DNA of 64,000 nucleotides from Piedraia hortae CBS 480.64 (Eukaryota), in contig MU005972.1 in assembly GCA_010093745.1 (NCBI GenBank), positions 135,170 to 199,169 on the forward strand, written 5' to 3'. Shown one piece after another: positions 1-10,935 of this stretch. Under the pieces are notes generated by a model. It did no database searches. It was not told where the DNA came from and saw only the letters and a list, made by a program, of their open reading frames with translations. Every line of letters begins with the position of its first letter. The stretch's first letter is position 1. The translations under genes and the position numbers were made by a program.

Positions 1-203
1 TTGCAAGGCGATCCCGCCAAGGTGAGATCGGCCTTCAAGCCAGATGGAGTTTTGGCAACGTTGCTTGCCTTGTAACCAGGGCATGAGCTCAATGACCCTC
101 CATTTTCCCGACGCCAGACAACTACAGGAGTAGGACCTGCAGTGACAGTCCCTAGGAGAGGTGTCAACGCACACAAAGTGCCAAGTAACCTTGCTGTCAC
201 CAT
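1..203 (-). CDS. 5' end of a second (tandem paralogous) secreted GH31 alpha-glucosidase; runs off the window's left edge
   Basis: ATG at 203 gives [67 protein letters not shown]; nt 1-95 are identical to 6033-6127 of the full copy. Confidence 0.85.
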   Translation of the reverse strand, partial: MVTARLLGTLCALTPLLGTVTAGPTPVVVWRRENGGSLSSCPGYKASNVAKTPSGLKADLTLAGSPC

Positions 204-775
204 CCCTTCAGTATTTCACGTAGTGATGCTCCTTTCAATAGGAGTCATCTGCTGATTACTTATGAGGAAATATGAGAGAAAGTGCTATGCCGAAGGGGAG
301 ACGGGGATTGTAAATAGCCATACTGCAAGCCATGACAACATGGCACGGTAGAACTCATTTGCAGCTCGGCGTAATTGTAGGCAAGGATGCAGTAAAGCCG
401 AGCAAAATCCTCCGACTGATCTTGGTGATCGGGCTATCGTTTGGCACGCCTCCCGTTAGACTTGGCAAATCATCATGTGAGGTTCAGGAACGGTCCCCGC
501 TTTCCATTAGCGCATCGGTGAAGGGCGTTCCCAATGCGGCAGTTCCAACGGTAGGCCCTTCTGGTGGGACGACGTTGGCCTGGCTGCATGTCCTTTCTTT
601 TGTTCCATCCTCGAAAGTTCTAGTGGGAATGGGTAGCGGGGTCAGAAATCTTGCAACAAGTTCCCCGCAACTTGGCGCGGGGAACTCTCGGGCCTACTAC
701 GCATGCCGAGTGGTCACCTGTGCAGGTCGGATGCAGGTCCAGTGACCATCACTTTATTCCGGTGTCTGGGGTAAC
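1..775. repeat. Tandem-duplication copy A (GH31 5' coding region plus promoter), homologous to about 6033-6870
   Basis: Direct sequence similarity at about 6.03-6.09 kb offset, including an identical 88-bp block 421-508 = 6466-6553. Confidence 0.9.
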
Positions 776-809
776 TGAAACACCCCCGCACTGTCCCCAG
801 ACACCCCAC
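495..809. promoter_or_regulatory. Cluster of CreA/Mig1-type SYGGRG sites upstream of GH31 copy A
   Basis: SYGGRG or its reverse complement at 495, 636, 663, 677, 766, 784, 795 and 804. Confidence 0.55.
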
Positions 810-3097
810 GTACCTAGTTGTCGAAGGTCTTTCGTAGCGAAAGATGTATTGCTTTCACTTCGCTTGAAGGGAATAGCTTTCATGATCTTAAGGTAAGAAT
901 TAAACGGGCTAAATGGTCCTCGCGGCTACCTTCAAGAGCCATGCGATGCGCTCTAGCGGACGAAACGCACATTAGCGACATGCATATGTTTATGCCGGTG
1001 CCTGGCACATTACCAGCTAATCGGCGCCTTTAGCGGCCAAATCTGTATTCTAACGTTTGGCTAAACTCGGGCGTGGCTACTAACCTTCAATTGCCACTTA
1101 GCCGCTATGTACCTTACCTGAAACTTGGGGCTTGTGGCAAAGCTTGTAGTAGCGTATCTATATTGTAGTATCATGGTTACAATGATCATAACGTTGGGAA
1201 AAGCCTTGGACCATAAGGAATGTTAGTAACGTGGAGAAGGTCCGTTAACGAGTCATTCACTGGCCATCAGCGTTTACCAACACTAGACCAACGAAAAGAT
1301 TGCACCGATGTTGATATGACTCTTAGCTTTGACTGCGCTGTAAAAAAGTGTTGGTACATTACTGCTGCTTAACTATAATGATCGAGACGATTGGTCGAGG
1401 TCTTAGGGGGCTCAGCTGCAGCCGTTGAAAGAGGTTTAGTCGCCTGGAAGAGTTCATAAAGGCAAATGTGTTTACTGTTAGACATGCTACCGCCAAAAAT
1501 GTGTCAAAGATTAACACCACTGTGCCAATACTTTTCATACTAACCTTATGCTGGGAAAAATCCCCAGGTTTCCTGCCAAACTTGATGAAGCCGCGAACAA
1601 CATACCTAAGTCATAATTTTGCTCCTAAACCTAACATCTGCTTTATATCTGCTCCCAAGTAAGACATAGGTTGCATACCATTCCACGTACTGATTTTCGA
1701 GCAGCACACTGAGACCTGCCCTCTTTGAGGAGCGGACTTTCTTTGACTCTAAAAACTTTCACCTGCAGCTAGGCTTGCCACGCAACCCTCGTCTAATGCA
1801 CAACATTTTCTGATATTGACACTTCACGTCCACTTAAGACTGAGCAAATGTAGGGCGTATAAGATTCCAAATACGATATGAACAGGGTCCCGCAATAGTC
1901 CTAACTGGTAGACAAGTTACGTTAGCAAACAGGACGCACAGAAAGGGTGACATCCAACCAATTATCCATGCCACGCAGTCTTTAATCGACCGAGCATCTG
2001 ATCTTTACCAAAGTATCACTCACTTGTGCGTCAGCATGCAAATCTCAAAACGGTAGTATAAAGCACCCATCTGTCGCAGTTTTCCCATTACCAGTTTCAC
2101 TATTGGTGTAACTGGTGGGGGGCCTTTCATAAAATTTCGCTAGGTCAATGGTTCGAGTTCAAACCTGATTCTGCCTCTAACGGGAACTCCTGCCGCTCCA
2201 TCGGGGGTCACTTGGAAGGAGCTTGACATCTTGAATTGGAAACAGTCAAAAGTAAGGTCACTTGAAAGGGCTCGGAAGTCCCGTACAGAGATATAAATAT
2301 CTCGTGATCGAGTTGTTTTCGTGGATATTAGACTGCAGCCTTAGACCTATCATGAGAAGGAGTTGTCCCATTGTAGAGATTATTTACAGGGTAGCCCCAG
2401 GTTAGGTCGCTGTGGGCTCACAAATGCTCTTATGGGGGCCGGGCTTATCTGAGCTAAGCCGTCCCGGGCTGGGAAAGTCAGGTCAAGCAATGGCCAGCTG
2501 CTCCAAGCGAACTTCAAGCGTCTGAGAAAAGACGAGAGTTGGAGTTGTGATATGAGAGAATCATAGGATGGGGTGATGATGATACACATACTTTAAAACG
2601 GGGGGAAAACAAAGAGAGAGAAGAATGGAAAATTTAGGCAGAACATTAGGGAGACTTTATTCTAATTATCCTCAATTTTATAATTCGCTCCTGCGGTCAC
2701 TGAGCCTGCATATCCAGTGGCACAGGATTGCTGGTATCGCACTACCTCCAGCTGACGCAAACATCTCCCTCTCTTTTCATTAGTTTTACTCAGCTTAGGT
2801 TGTCGCTGCGAGATGGAGAGGACCGTGTAGGGATTTTTTTTCATTGGTTGTGTGCGCCGACAACGATTCAATGCTAAGGAATACCCGTAGAAATAGAGCC
2901 GCATTCCCGGATAGTTCATGTAGGATCCTGTAGCCAGTTTTTCATGTCATTAACACGCCGGCAGCGAGTGAATCAGTACGACTTTGGCGATGATATCTCA
3001 ATTGTGTATAGATGAAAGGTCTGTCGGCCATGATAGTAAAAAGTACACACGATGACAACATGAATTTTCCATTACATCATTTACTTGGAATATGCGC

Positions 3098-6000
3098 TCA
3101 GATGTGAATTGTTGTCGGTCCCGTGAGAGGGATCCTATGTTTCATCATATGGCCACGAGGCTTGCCACGATGGCCGGGATAGCTGTGGTGACCGCCATAA
3201 CTGCCATAACCTCCATATCCTCCCGAGGTACCATTGCCCGAGCCACTGCCCAGAATGGTAATACCCGCAATAGCTGATTTGGTACTGTAGCCGAATGTTC
3301 CCGACATTTTCAGCGTGCGGCCACTGTATTCGAATTTGATGTCACTCGTTGCAGGCTGCTCGATACTGACACCATCGTCTAGGTAGAGACTTCCACGCGC
3401 GGTCCCGTTGGCAGATGGAGCGATTATGAGCTCAAAGTCCTTTGTGCGTAGAGCTGTTGTCGTAATCGCTGACTCGACACGTTGTGGAACGATGGATCCA
3501 CCGCGGTAGTAGAGGGGAATGGTATCGTACGCGACATCCGTCAGAGTGACTGTGCTGCCCTGGCCGTGGACGGGCTCCTGCGTGTAGTAGTCGTAGAAGA
3601 GGTCATTTGGCAAGTAGATTTCCGTGGTGGTGGAGTTCTCCTGAGTGACCGGAGCGACCATGAGACTGGGGCCGTAAAAGTACTGGTACTGCAAAGCATT
3701 GCACTTGGCATCCTCAGGATATACAAAGAACATGGGCTGCAGAGCCGGTGTGCCGTCTGCGTGTTGAGTGTTGACAGCAGTGTAGATGTAGTCGAGAAGC
3801 TTGTAGCGGATTTCAATCGCATTCTTCGCCGCCTGTTCGACAATAGGCCAACGGTAAAATTCTTGTGAGATGCCAGCAATGTCGGCATGGTTGCGGTAAA
3901 ACGTGCTGAAAGCACCAAGCATGGCCCAACGGGCACAGAGAAGCACATTTGTGCTCATACCAAAGCCACACACATCAGAGCCAACCATGCCAAATTGGTA
4001 CAATGCATTGAACTGGAGCAGACCGGAGATGGAGAAGAGGTAATGAGACCAGAGAGACAGATTATCACCCAGCCAGTGGCCAACCTGTCTGCCCGAGCCA
4101 GAAAATGTGGATCGCGTGATTACCATAGGACGGAGCCCAGGACGACGGGCTAGCATGGCCTGGCGTGAAGCTTCAGACATCATGGCCCCATACAGATCGT
4201 GGGTATCATAATCGACCCAACCACCGTAGTGCACGAGATCAGACTGCAGAGTGTGATTGCTGATGCTTCCAGCCGCATTGTTAATCTCGTACGCCGGACT
4301 GATGAGGTCACGACCCGGCAGCCCCTTTTGGTTGCCGGCTGTTTGACGCCTGGCGTTGACAGCCGGTGCGTTGACAGCGGCGATATTGCGCTTTACCTTG
4401 CTGGAGCCGGTCGGAGACGAAGTAGTGATTTCGTCGTTTGTGACCTGGCCAGTGCTATTACAATCTCCGCCACGAATGGTGCGGTTTGTGCTCTCATAAA
4501 TGTAGCTCCCGTCTGGCTCCGCTCGTAGATACTGATATGATATGTCGACGTCGGCGGGTACGTCGATAGTCACGGACCAGATGGGATAGGTATCGGCGCT
4601 GAGGGCAACGGCGTTGGAAATATCATTGGATCCCATACTAGGAATGTTGCCTAAGAGAACGATATTCTCGCCATAAAAGGTGGTCGCGTTCACATTGAAG
4701 GTCACTTCAGCACGGCATCTTAATTGGAAATCGGGGCCGAATTCCGGGAGAGGCCTTGGCGAGCCCATGCGAATTGGCGGCGGACGGGGAGGATCGCCTT
4801 GTTGGATTGCATAGCCAACGGGGTCCGAGCAGGGGTACGGACAAAAGTTGGACGCTTCGTTCATATCGATCCACAGTGCATCGATATCGACGCCGCTCCC
4901 TTCGTCGAAGAACTTTGCGAACTCATTGGTCCAGAATTTCTGCGCATTGGGATGGAACCAATCCGGGTAAACGGTGCGACCGGGCCAGACCACACCCTCA
5001 AAGACGCTACCGTTAGTGCGTTTCACATAGACATCCAAGTCCAAGCCATCATTGAAAGTGGAAGAATTCTGATAGGCAACCGCAGGGTCAACCATGACAA
5101 CGTAATGCTGATGGCGGTTATGCAGCTCGTTAACAAACTCCCGCACATAAGAAAAGAAAAACCGCTCTTGGTCCAAAGTAAATGTCCTCCGCAGGTACAT
5201 GTAGTCGATGTCAGTCCACATGGTTTCCAACGGAATGCCTGCTCTGCTGTAGTTGGCAACGACTTCGGCAACCTCATATATGTCGCGGTAGCCGTAACGA
5301 CATTGATGTAAGCCATAGCCCCAGTATGGCATCAGCGTCGTCTTGCCGACGACCTGACTGAATTGCCGCGCAGCTTCCACCGGGGTGGGGCCAGAAACGA
5401 AGTAGAAATCGAGCACTCCACCTAGCAGGTTATATTCCAGATACTGGTTGGCACCGCCATCATTGTCGATCCGGATGTCAGCACCGTTGCTGTTCAACAG
5501 GTAGACTGCATGGGTGCCTTTGGACCCGCGGTGATCAAAGTAAACCTTGTGGTCACCGTAGAGGTTGGTGCCTGGAGGTATGCCATACGAGTCTCTGTTC
5601 CAGATGGTTCTTGTGTAGTTTGTCGTATTCAGCATGAACGGATCTGTGTGCTCGCCCAAACCGTACAGGCTCGGGTTTGCAGGCAGACTGGTCCGCAGGC
5701 GCACATATTGACTCTCAAAAACAAGACTAGCGGCTGAAGAGTCGAAGAGAACCTCGCCATTGCTGCGGCGCGTCACCGAAAAGCTAAAGGGAGATTCTTT
5801 GTAATTGAAGACCAGATCAGAGCCATTCGTACCCGATCCAGAGTATGGCTGGGCTGATGGACGAGGAAACACCTGGGAGGGAACCTGGTACACCTGGTTT
5901 GCCTTATCCTGGATGAGCACGTGGAGGCGTTCGTCTGTTCATTGATAAGCAATCAAGTATACACCACAAGAAGCCATACCGGTCTGATATTCCACAGTAA

Positions 6001-6235
6001 GCGTAAGATCTTTCAGGTCGGTACCGTAAGCATTGCAAGGCGATCCCGCCAAGGTGAGATCGGCCTTCAAGCCAGATGGAGTTTTGGCAACGTTGCTTGC
6101 CTTGTAACCAGGGCATGAGCTCAATGAACCTCCACTGGCCTGACGCGGGACTACTGCAGGCGCAGGGCCTGCATTGACAGCCCCTAGGAAGGGTGTCAAT
6201 GTGCACAAAGCACTAAGCAAACCTGTCACCACCAT
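3098..6235 (-). CDS. agdC: Secreted GH31 alpha-glucosidase (AgdC-like) with internal CBM20; intron 5935-5979
   Basis: Signal peptide; [27 protein letters not shown] across a GT-AG intron; catalytic WIDMNE and HWLGDN motifs; PYWG-QCRYGY and GVVWPG motifs. Confidence 0.93.
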
Positions 6236-6870
6236 CCCTGCAACGGTTCACGTAGTGGTGCTCCTTTGAATGGGAGTCACCAGCTGATTACCTGTGAGGA
6301 AAGATGAGGGGGAGAGAGAATTGTAACGAAAGGGGAGCGAAGAGTTGTAAATAGCCATGCTGCAAGCCATGACAATATTGTCATGGTTGAACTCATTTGC
6401 AGCTCGGCTCTAACTGTAATTGTGGATATCGAAGCAGCAGAGCCGAACAAAAGCATCCGAATGACCTTGGTGATCGGGCTATCGTTTGGCACGCCTCCCG
6501 TTAGACTTGGCAAATCATCATGTGAGGTTCAGGAACGGTCCCCGCTTTCCATTGCTCTGTTAGCCTAACCGCTGCTTTCCATTAGCTTAGCGATGAGAGG
6601 CGTTCTGAATGCGGTAATCCCGCATGCTGGTGTCGTCCAGCGGCAGGTTTGTCTCATGTGGGACGGCTATGGCCTGGCTGCAAGTCTTTTCTTTTGTTCA
6701 TTTCTCGTGTGAAAATGGGTGGCTGGGTCAGGGCTATAGTCCTGAGTTCCCCCGCAATAGGGCGGGGAACTCGGCTCTTGGTGGAGAAAACGAATACCGG
6801 GTGGCGCCACTCGCTAAGACCAGTTGCAGGTCTAGTGACCACCACGTTCGCGGGGTTTAATCTGGGGAAG
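6033..6870. repeat. Tandem-duplication copy B (GH31 5' region plus promoter)
   Basis: Homologous to 1-775. Confidence 0.9.
6540..6867. promoter_or_regulatory. Cluster of CreA-type SYGGRG sites upstream of GH31 copy B
   Basis: Sites at about 6540, 6750, 6762, 6781, 6850 and 6862; the inverted pair is conserved with copy A. Confidence 0.55.
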
Positions 6871-7375
6871 CCTGTCATGGACGTAATACAAACCGTATCT
6901 GCAAGGTTATGTGCGCAGACGATAGGTAGTGTAATTCGAAATTCGCTTCTGCAAGGGGGCCGCCAAGGTGGAAGTTTCATGCACTCTATCTTTTGGATAA
7001 TCGCCTGTGACGCTATTCTACGGGGAGTTATGCACCGTCTGCCTTGTCAGCAGGTGCAGTTCTCTCCTGGAGTCTATACTCCTGAGGACTCGCCTTCATC
7101 GGCATCTATTATATCTTTGGGTAATGTTTGTTAGGCACTTGTTATCATACGAAAAGATTTGCTCTCAGAACTGACACAATTACAGGCAACAAGTGCTCCA
7201 TTGGTAATAGACATACTCTTTGCGGCGTTTTCCTGGTGGTACTATTCTGGCGCTTTGCAGTAGAAGGAAATTCTCAACTGTGTCTGAGACCAACTTCAAG
7301 TAACATTTAAATAGTTATGCATTCGAGCGTTTATAATATTTCATAATCATACATGGCCTGCTCAGTCCAAAAGTT

Positions 7376-8938
7376 TCAGCCTTCAAGCCTCCAAGCCCTC
7401 ATGTTCAAGCTCTGCAACCTCAAAGCAGCAGGCTTGATGAACAAGTAAAAAGTTAAAGTTCCAAAGATGACACATGCAATGTTGACAAAGTAATAGCCAT
7501 CCCTCCGAATATTGCACACACCTCCGGCATCTACACAACGATGTTTATCGGTTTCGAGCACACACGAAAACTCTCCGCCCTTTTCAGGAAGGGAGCAACT
7601 AGCAATGGAGAAGACGTCGACAAATTTCAGGATGAAGAAGCGTGGAAACGTGCCGCCGAGGTTGGATACTGTTGCTAGCAGCGTCATATAGGTCCCTCCA
7701 ATGGCAGGGTCTGAGATTTTGGCATGAAAGGCGCTGATTGCAACAAACATGACCGTCGAGGTAAAGGTTGAAAAGATGTGTTGAATAATAACGAGAAGTA
7801 AGCCGCTGCCACCCAACGGAAAGGTCATGACGACGGCTTGGGCAAAGAGAGCTGCAATGAGTCGCCCAACAAAGGCCCAACACCAGACTGTAACGGGCCG
7901 GTAGCGTTCGCTCCACTGACCAGCATAGTAGCCCAGGCCGATTTCGAAGGGAAAATCGATGAGAACGGTCAAGGCAAGATTCTCCTGTGAAAAGCCCTTG
8001 TCTAGAAGCTTAAGATTGGTCACGGCATCGTTGGCTTGGAAGCCGATCTTTGCGATCAAATGGATGAGCATGAATATTTGAATGTTGGGTAGCTTCAAGA
8101 TGCCGCCCATGGTCTTGTAAACTTCGGCTATGCTGTCCTTCTCGCGTGTGGGCTCTTCACGCTTTAGCAAAGCCAGACCGAGCGTGACTAGCAGATAGGC
8201 CCAACCCCAAAATGTGAGATACGAGTCTAGCGTGAGAAGACCAGAATCGAGAGGTTGCGAGCGAATGTACTTGTTTGCGAAATGGGGACTGGAAAGGGCC
8301 AAGAAAACAGTGTAGCTGAGAAAATGGCCGGCCGTGAGACCCACGGTCTGAGCAGTCGATGCATATGAAAGGTTCTCGGACGATAGCAGCGTTAATGCCC
8401 AACCGTCAACAGCAATATCTTGTGTAGCACACATAAAGACGAGTGCAAACCACCATCTCGTCAAGCCCCAAACACCAGCACCATCGTTCAAGCCCGCATT
8501 CTCCATCATGGCCTGAGCTCGGGAACCCAGCCACAGCATGCCCAAACCACTAAGCGTCTGCATCGGCAATATCCAGCTCTTCCGGCGACCAACACGCCTA
8601 CTCCAGACAGCGTCTACGATGGGGCTCCACAGTAGCTTGAGGCTGTAGGGATACGAAGCGAGCGAATACACCCCTATCTGGCCGTAGCTAAGATGACTCT
8701 TTAACAAGAACGGCACACTTCCCCCAGCTAGGCCCATGGGGATGCCTTGTAGGAAGTACAACAGCACGAGCAGCATAAAATGCCTTCGGTCACGTTCTGG
8801 CAGGCTCCAGAAGCCTTGGGCCTCTTTGCGTTGGTGGAGGTCGAGCGTCAAAGGCACCATGGTATCGGCATCGGCCTGCTTGGGCTTCACGCGCTCCCTG
8901 AACGAGCCGTTCATCTGATTCTTACTCTTGGGAGGCAT
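7376..8938 (-). CDS. Acetyl-CoA transporter (AT-1/SLC33A1, MFS-like); likely start MPPKSK at 8938
   Basis: LLYFLQGIPMGL, ASYPYSLKLLWSPIVD, GRRKSWI, ATQDIAVDGWAL and IGGTYMTLLATVSNLGG motifs. Confidence 0.92.
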   Translation of the reverse strand: MPPKSKNQMNGSFRERVKPKQADADTMVPLTLDLHQRKEAQGFWSLPERDRRHFMLLVLLYFLQGIPMGLAGGSVPFLLKSHLSYGQIGVYSLASYPYSLKLLWSPIVDAVWSRRVGRRKSWILPMQTLSGLGMLWLGSRAQAMMENAGLNDGAGVWGLTRWWFALVFMCATQDIAVDGWALTLLSSENLSYASTAQTVGLTAGHFLSYTVFLALSSPHFANKYIRSQPLDSGLLTLDSYLTFWGWAYLLVTLGLALLKREEPTREKDSIAEVYKTMGGILKLPNIQIFMLIHLIAKIGFQANDAVTNLKLLDKGFSQENLALTVLIDFPFEIGLGYYAGQWSERYRPVTVWCWAFVGRLIAALFAQAVVMTFPLGGSGLLLVIIQHIFSTFTSTVMFVAISAFHAKISDPAIGGTYMTLLATVSNLGGTFPRFFILKFVDVFSIASCSLPEKGGEFSCVLETDKHRCVDAGGVCNIRRDGYYFVNIACVIFGTLTFYLFIKPAALRLQSLNMRAWRLEG

Positions 8939-9043
8939 CGAAGGTGGATGGGGGGGTGGGGGGGGGCTAGGTGAGGTTGGGCGGAACGGAAAGGGTTTAG
9001 TTTGTGTGAAAGTTAGGGTTTGCAAAAAGTTGTAGGGTTAGGT

Positions 9044-9772
9044 TCATCTAGACCTCCAGGGCCGGTTGGTGGCATATATATCGGCTATACAGATCTCAAA
9101 TGGCCCGGGAATCCGGTCAGCAAGCCCTATGCCGACCGATGTGACCTTTTGCCGCAGCATCTCCCGCTGGGGCTCAACGATGAAGCCGTAATTTGTGCGG
9201 GCAAAGGCCGAGAAGGGGATATACACCGTCTCCCACGTACCGGGGCGAAAGGCCCGTAGGAGGTGTTGGTGGAGGTCGGTTGGAACGATGGATTCCGATT
9301 TAATGTTGACAAAGTACTTGCGACCGTCTGACTTGATTCGCAGTGCCAGATGGGTGTATGGGTCAACGTTCCATACGTGATTGCCCAGGATGCTGCTGCC
9401 CGATTCTCGAGTACGCCAGGCTGCAAAGCCCGTCCTCTCAATGCTTGGATTGTTTTCCGGTAGTTTGTTGCTGATCTCGCCGCTGAAAACGGCGTGAGAC
9501 GGCGGTTCCTTCCCCCCTATGTAGCCGTCTACATGTTCCACGTGCTCTTCTCCCTTCGTATAGACCAAACTTGCGTAACTGAAGCCGCCAGATGTATTGG
9601 CGTCGGTTATGATGCGGCAGTCGTCTGGGGCATCGGCACGATCAAACTGGATGAGCGGCAGGGCGCGGTGCGGCTCATTCTGGCCATCCATACGTACCGC
9701 AGCAACGACCTGGTGTTTCACGTAGTCCCAAGTGCTGCGCCATGACTGAGCGCGGACAGGCGAGAGTAACAT
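9044..9772 (-). CDS. CIA30: Complex I intermediate-associated protein 30 (CIA30/NDUFAF1)
   Basis: RTGFAAWRT, LALRIKSDGRKYFVNI, TDLHQH, WETVYIPFSAFARTN and GPFEICI motifs. Confidence 0.9.
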   Translation of the reverse strand: MLLSPVRAQSWRSTWDYVKHQVVAAVRMDGQNEPHRALPLIQFDRADAPDDCRIITDANTSGGFSYASLVYTKGEEHVEHVDGYIGGKEPPSHAVFSGEISNKLPENNPSIERTGFAAWRTRESGSSILGNHVWNVDPYTHLALRIKSDGRKYFVNIKSESIVPTDLHQHLLRAFRPGTWETVYIPFSAFARTNYGFIVEPQREMLRQKVTSVGIGLADRIPGPFEICIADIYATNRPWRSR

Positions 9773-9861
9773 GTCGGAGGCGCGCCGCCGGACACGTTCG
9801 GGAAAAATAACCCGGGGAACCTCGTTACGGCGGAGAACACGCCGCCCGAACTTCCGCTAAA

Positions 9862-10935
9862 ATGTTCACGCCGCCAAAGCCTCTTACCCAGGGCCGCGAA
9901 CTCGGCCTCATTGATCCCAAGACAGTGCAGAAAGACGAAGACAAAACACGGCGGCCATGGGCACATTTCGTCGCCGGCGGAATGGGCGGAATGGCGGCGG
10001 CCACGCTGACCTCGCCGCTGGACGTCCTCAAGACGCGTCTCCAGTCGACCTTCTACCAGAGCCAGTTGGCTGCCCAAAGAGCGGCACGAGGCATCCCACC
10101 GCCGTCCCAACTTCCCTTTGGCCGTGCTGCCTGGCTTCACGTGCGTGAGACTTGTGGCATACTTGCCCAGATCCCCCGAGTTGAAGGCTGGCGAGCGCTA
10201 TTCAAGGGACTGGGTCCCAATCTCGTCGGAGTGGTTCCGTCGCGCGCAATCGCCTTCTGGGCTTACGGAAATGGCAAAAAGTTCATCAGCAATACCTTCT
10301 ATGGTGGCCAGGAATCCGTCCCTGTCTTTCTACTGGCCGGAATATGTGCGGGAATGATCACAGGTACGGCCACGAACCCCATCTGGGTCGTCAAAACGCG
10401 TCTGCAGCTGGACAAGGAGCAGGCCGGTGGCCGGAAGTATAAAAATGCGCTGGACTGCATACGGAAAACGGTGCGGATGGAGGGAATTCGCGGACTCTAC
10501 CGTGGCCTATCTGCCTCTTACCTGGGAACAGCAGAATCTACGCTACAGTGGATATTGTACGAGCAAGCGAAGCGTATGCTGGCGCGACGAGAGGCGAGAG
10601 TGCTGGCCTCAGGCCGCCCACCAACAAAATGGGATGAAACAGTTTCTTGGGGAGGCAAACTCGGAGCTGCCGGTGCGGCCAAACTTGTTGCCGCTCTGGC
10701 CACGTATCCGCACGAGGTTGTCCGCACTCGTCTACGCCAGGCCCCCGTTGCCGACGGGCGGCCAAAATATAGGGGCTTGCTCAACTGCTTCGTCGTTGTG
10801 GCCAGAGAAGAAGGCATCTCGGCTCTATACGGAGGCCTGGTACCGCATATATTGCGTGTTGTCCCCAGCGCTGCCATCATGTTTGGCGTTTACGAGGGCA
10901 TGCTGCGTGTTCTGAAGGAGAGCAGTAATGTTTAA
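9862..10935 (+). CDS. RIM2: Mitochondrial pyrimidine nucleotide carrier
   Basis: Three PxDxxKxR-type repeats (PLDVLKTRLQ, PIWVVKTRLQ, PHEVVRTRL); WAHFVAGG; LFKGLGPNLVGVVP. Confidence 0.88.
   Translation: MFTPPKPLTQGRELGLIDPKTVQKDEDKTRRPWAHFVAGGMGGMAAATLTSPLDVLKTRLQSTFYQSQLAAQRAARGIPPPSQLPFGRAAWLHVRETCGILAQIPRVEGWRALFKGLGPNLVGVVPSRAIAFWAYGNGKKFISNTFYGGQESVPVFLLAGICAGMITGTATNPIWVVKTRLQLDKEQAGGRKYKNALDCIRKTVRMEGIRGLYRGLSASYLGTAESTLQWILYEQAKRMLARREARVLASGRPPTKWDETVSWGGKLGAAGAAKLVAALATYPHEVVRTRLRQAPVADGRPKYRGLLNCFVVVAREEGISALYGGLVPHILRVVPSAAIMFGVYEGMLRVLKESSNV

Noticed and set aside
659..686. GTTCCCCGC..GCGGGG hairpin resembling a type I-E CRISPR repeat
   Set aside because: Occurs once per duplicated promoter, with no spacer array and no cas genes in a eukaryotic context; better explained as inverted CreA sites
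332..745. 137-aa ORF with a similar ORF at 6383-6568
   Set aside because: The similarity comes from the duplicated promoter; frames are not preserved between copies
2104..2167. Functional tRNA gene
   Set aside because: A/B-box-like motifs are present, but I could not fold acceptor and anticodon stems
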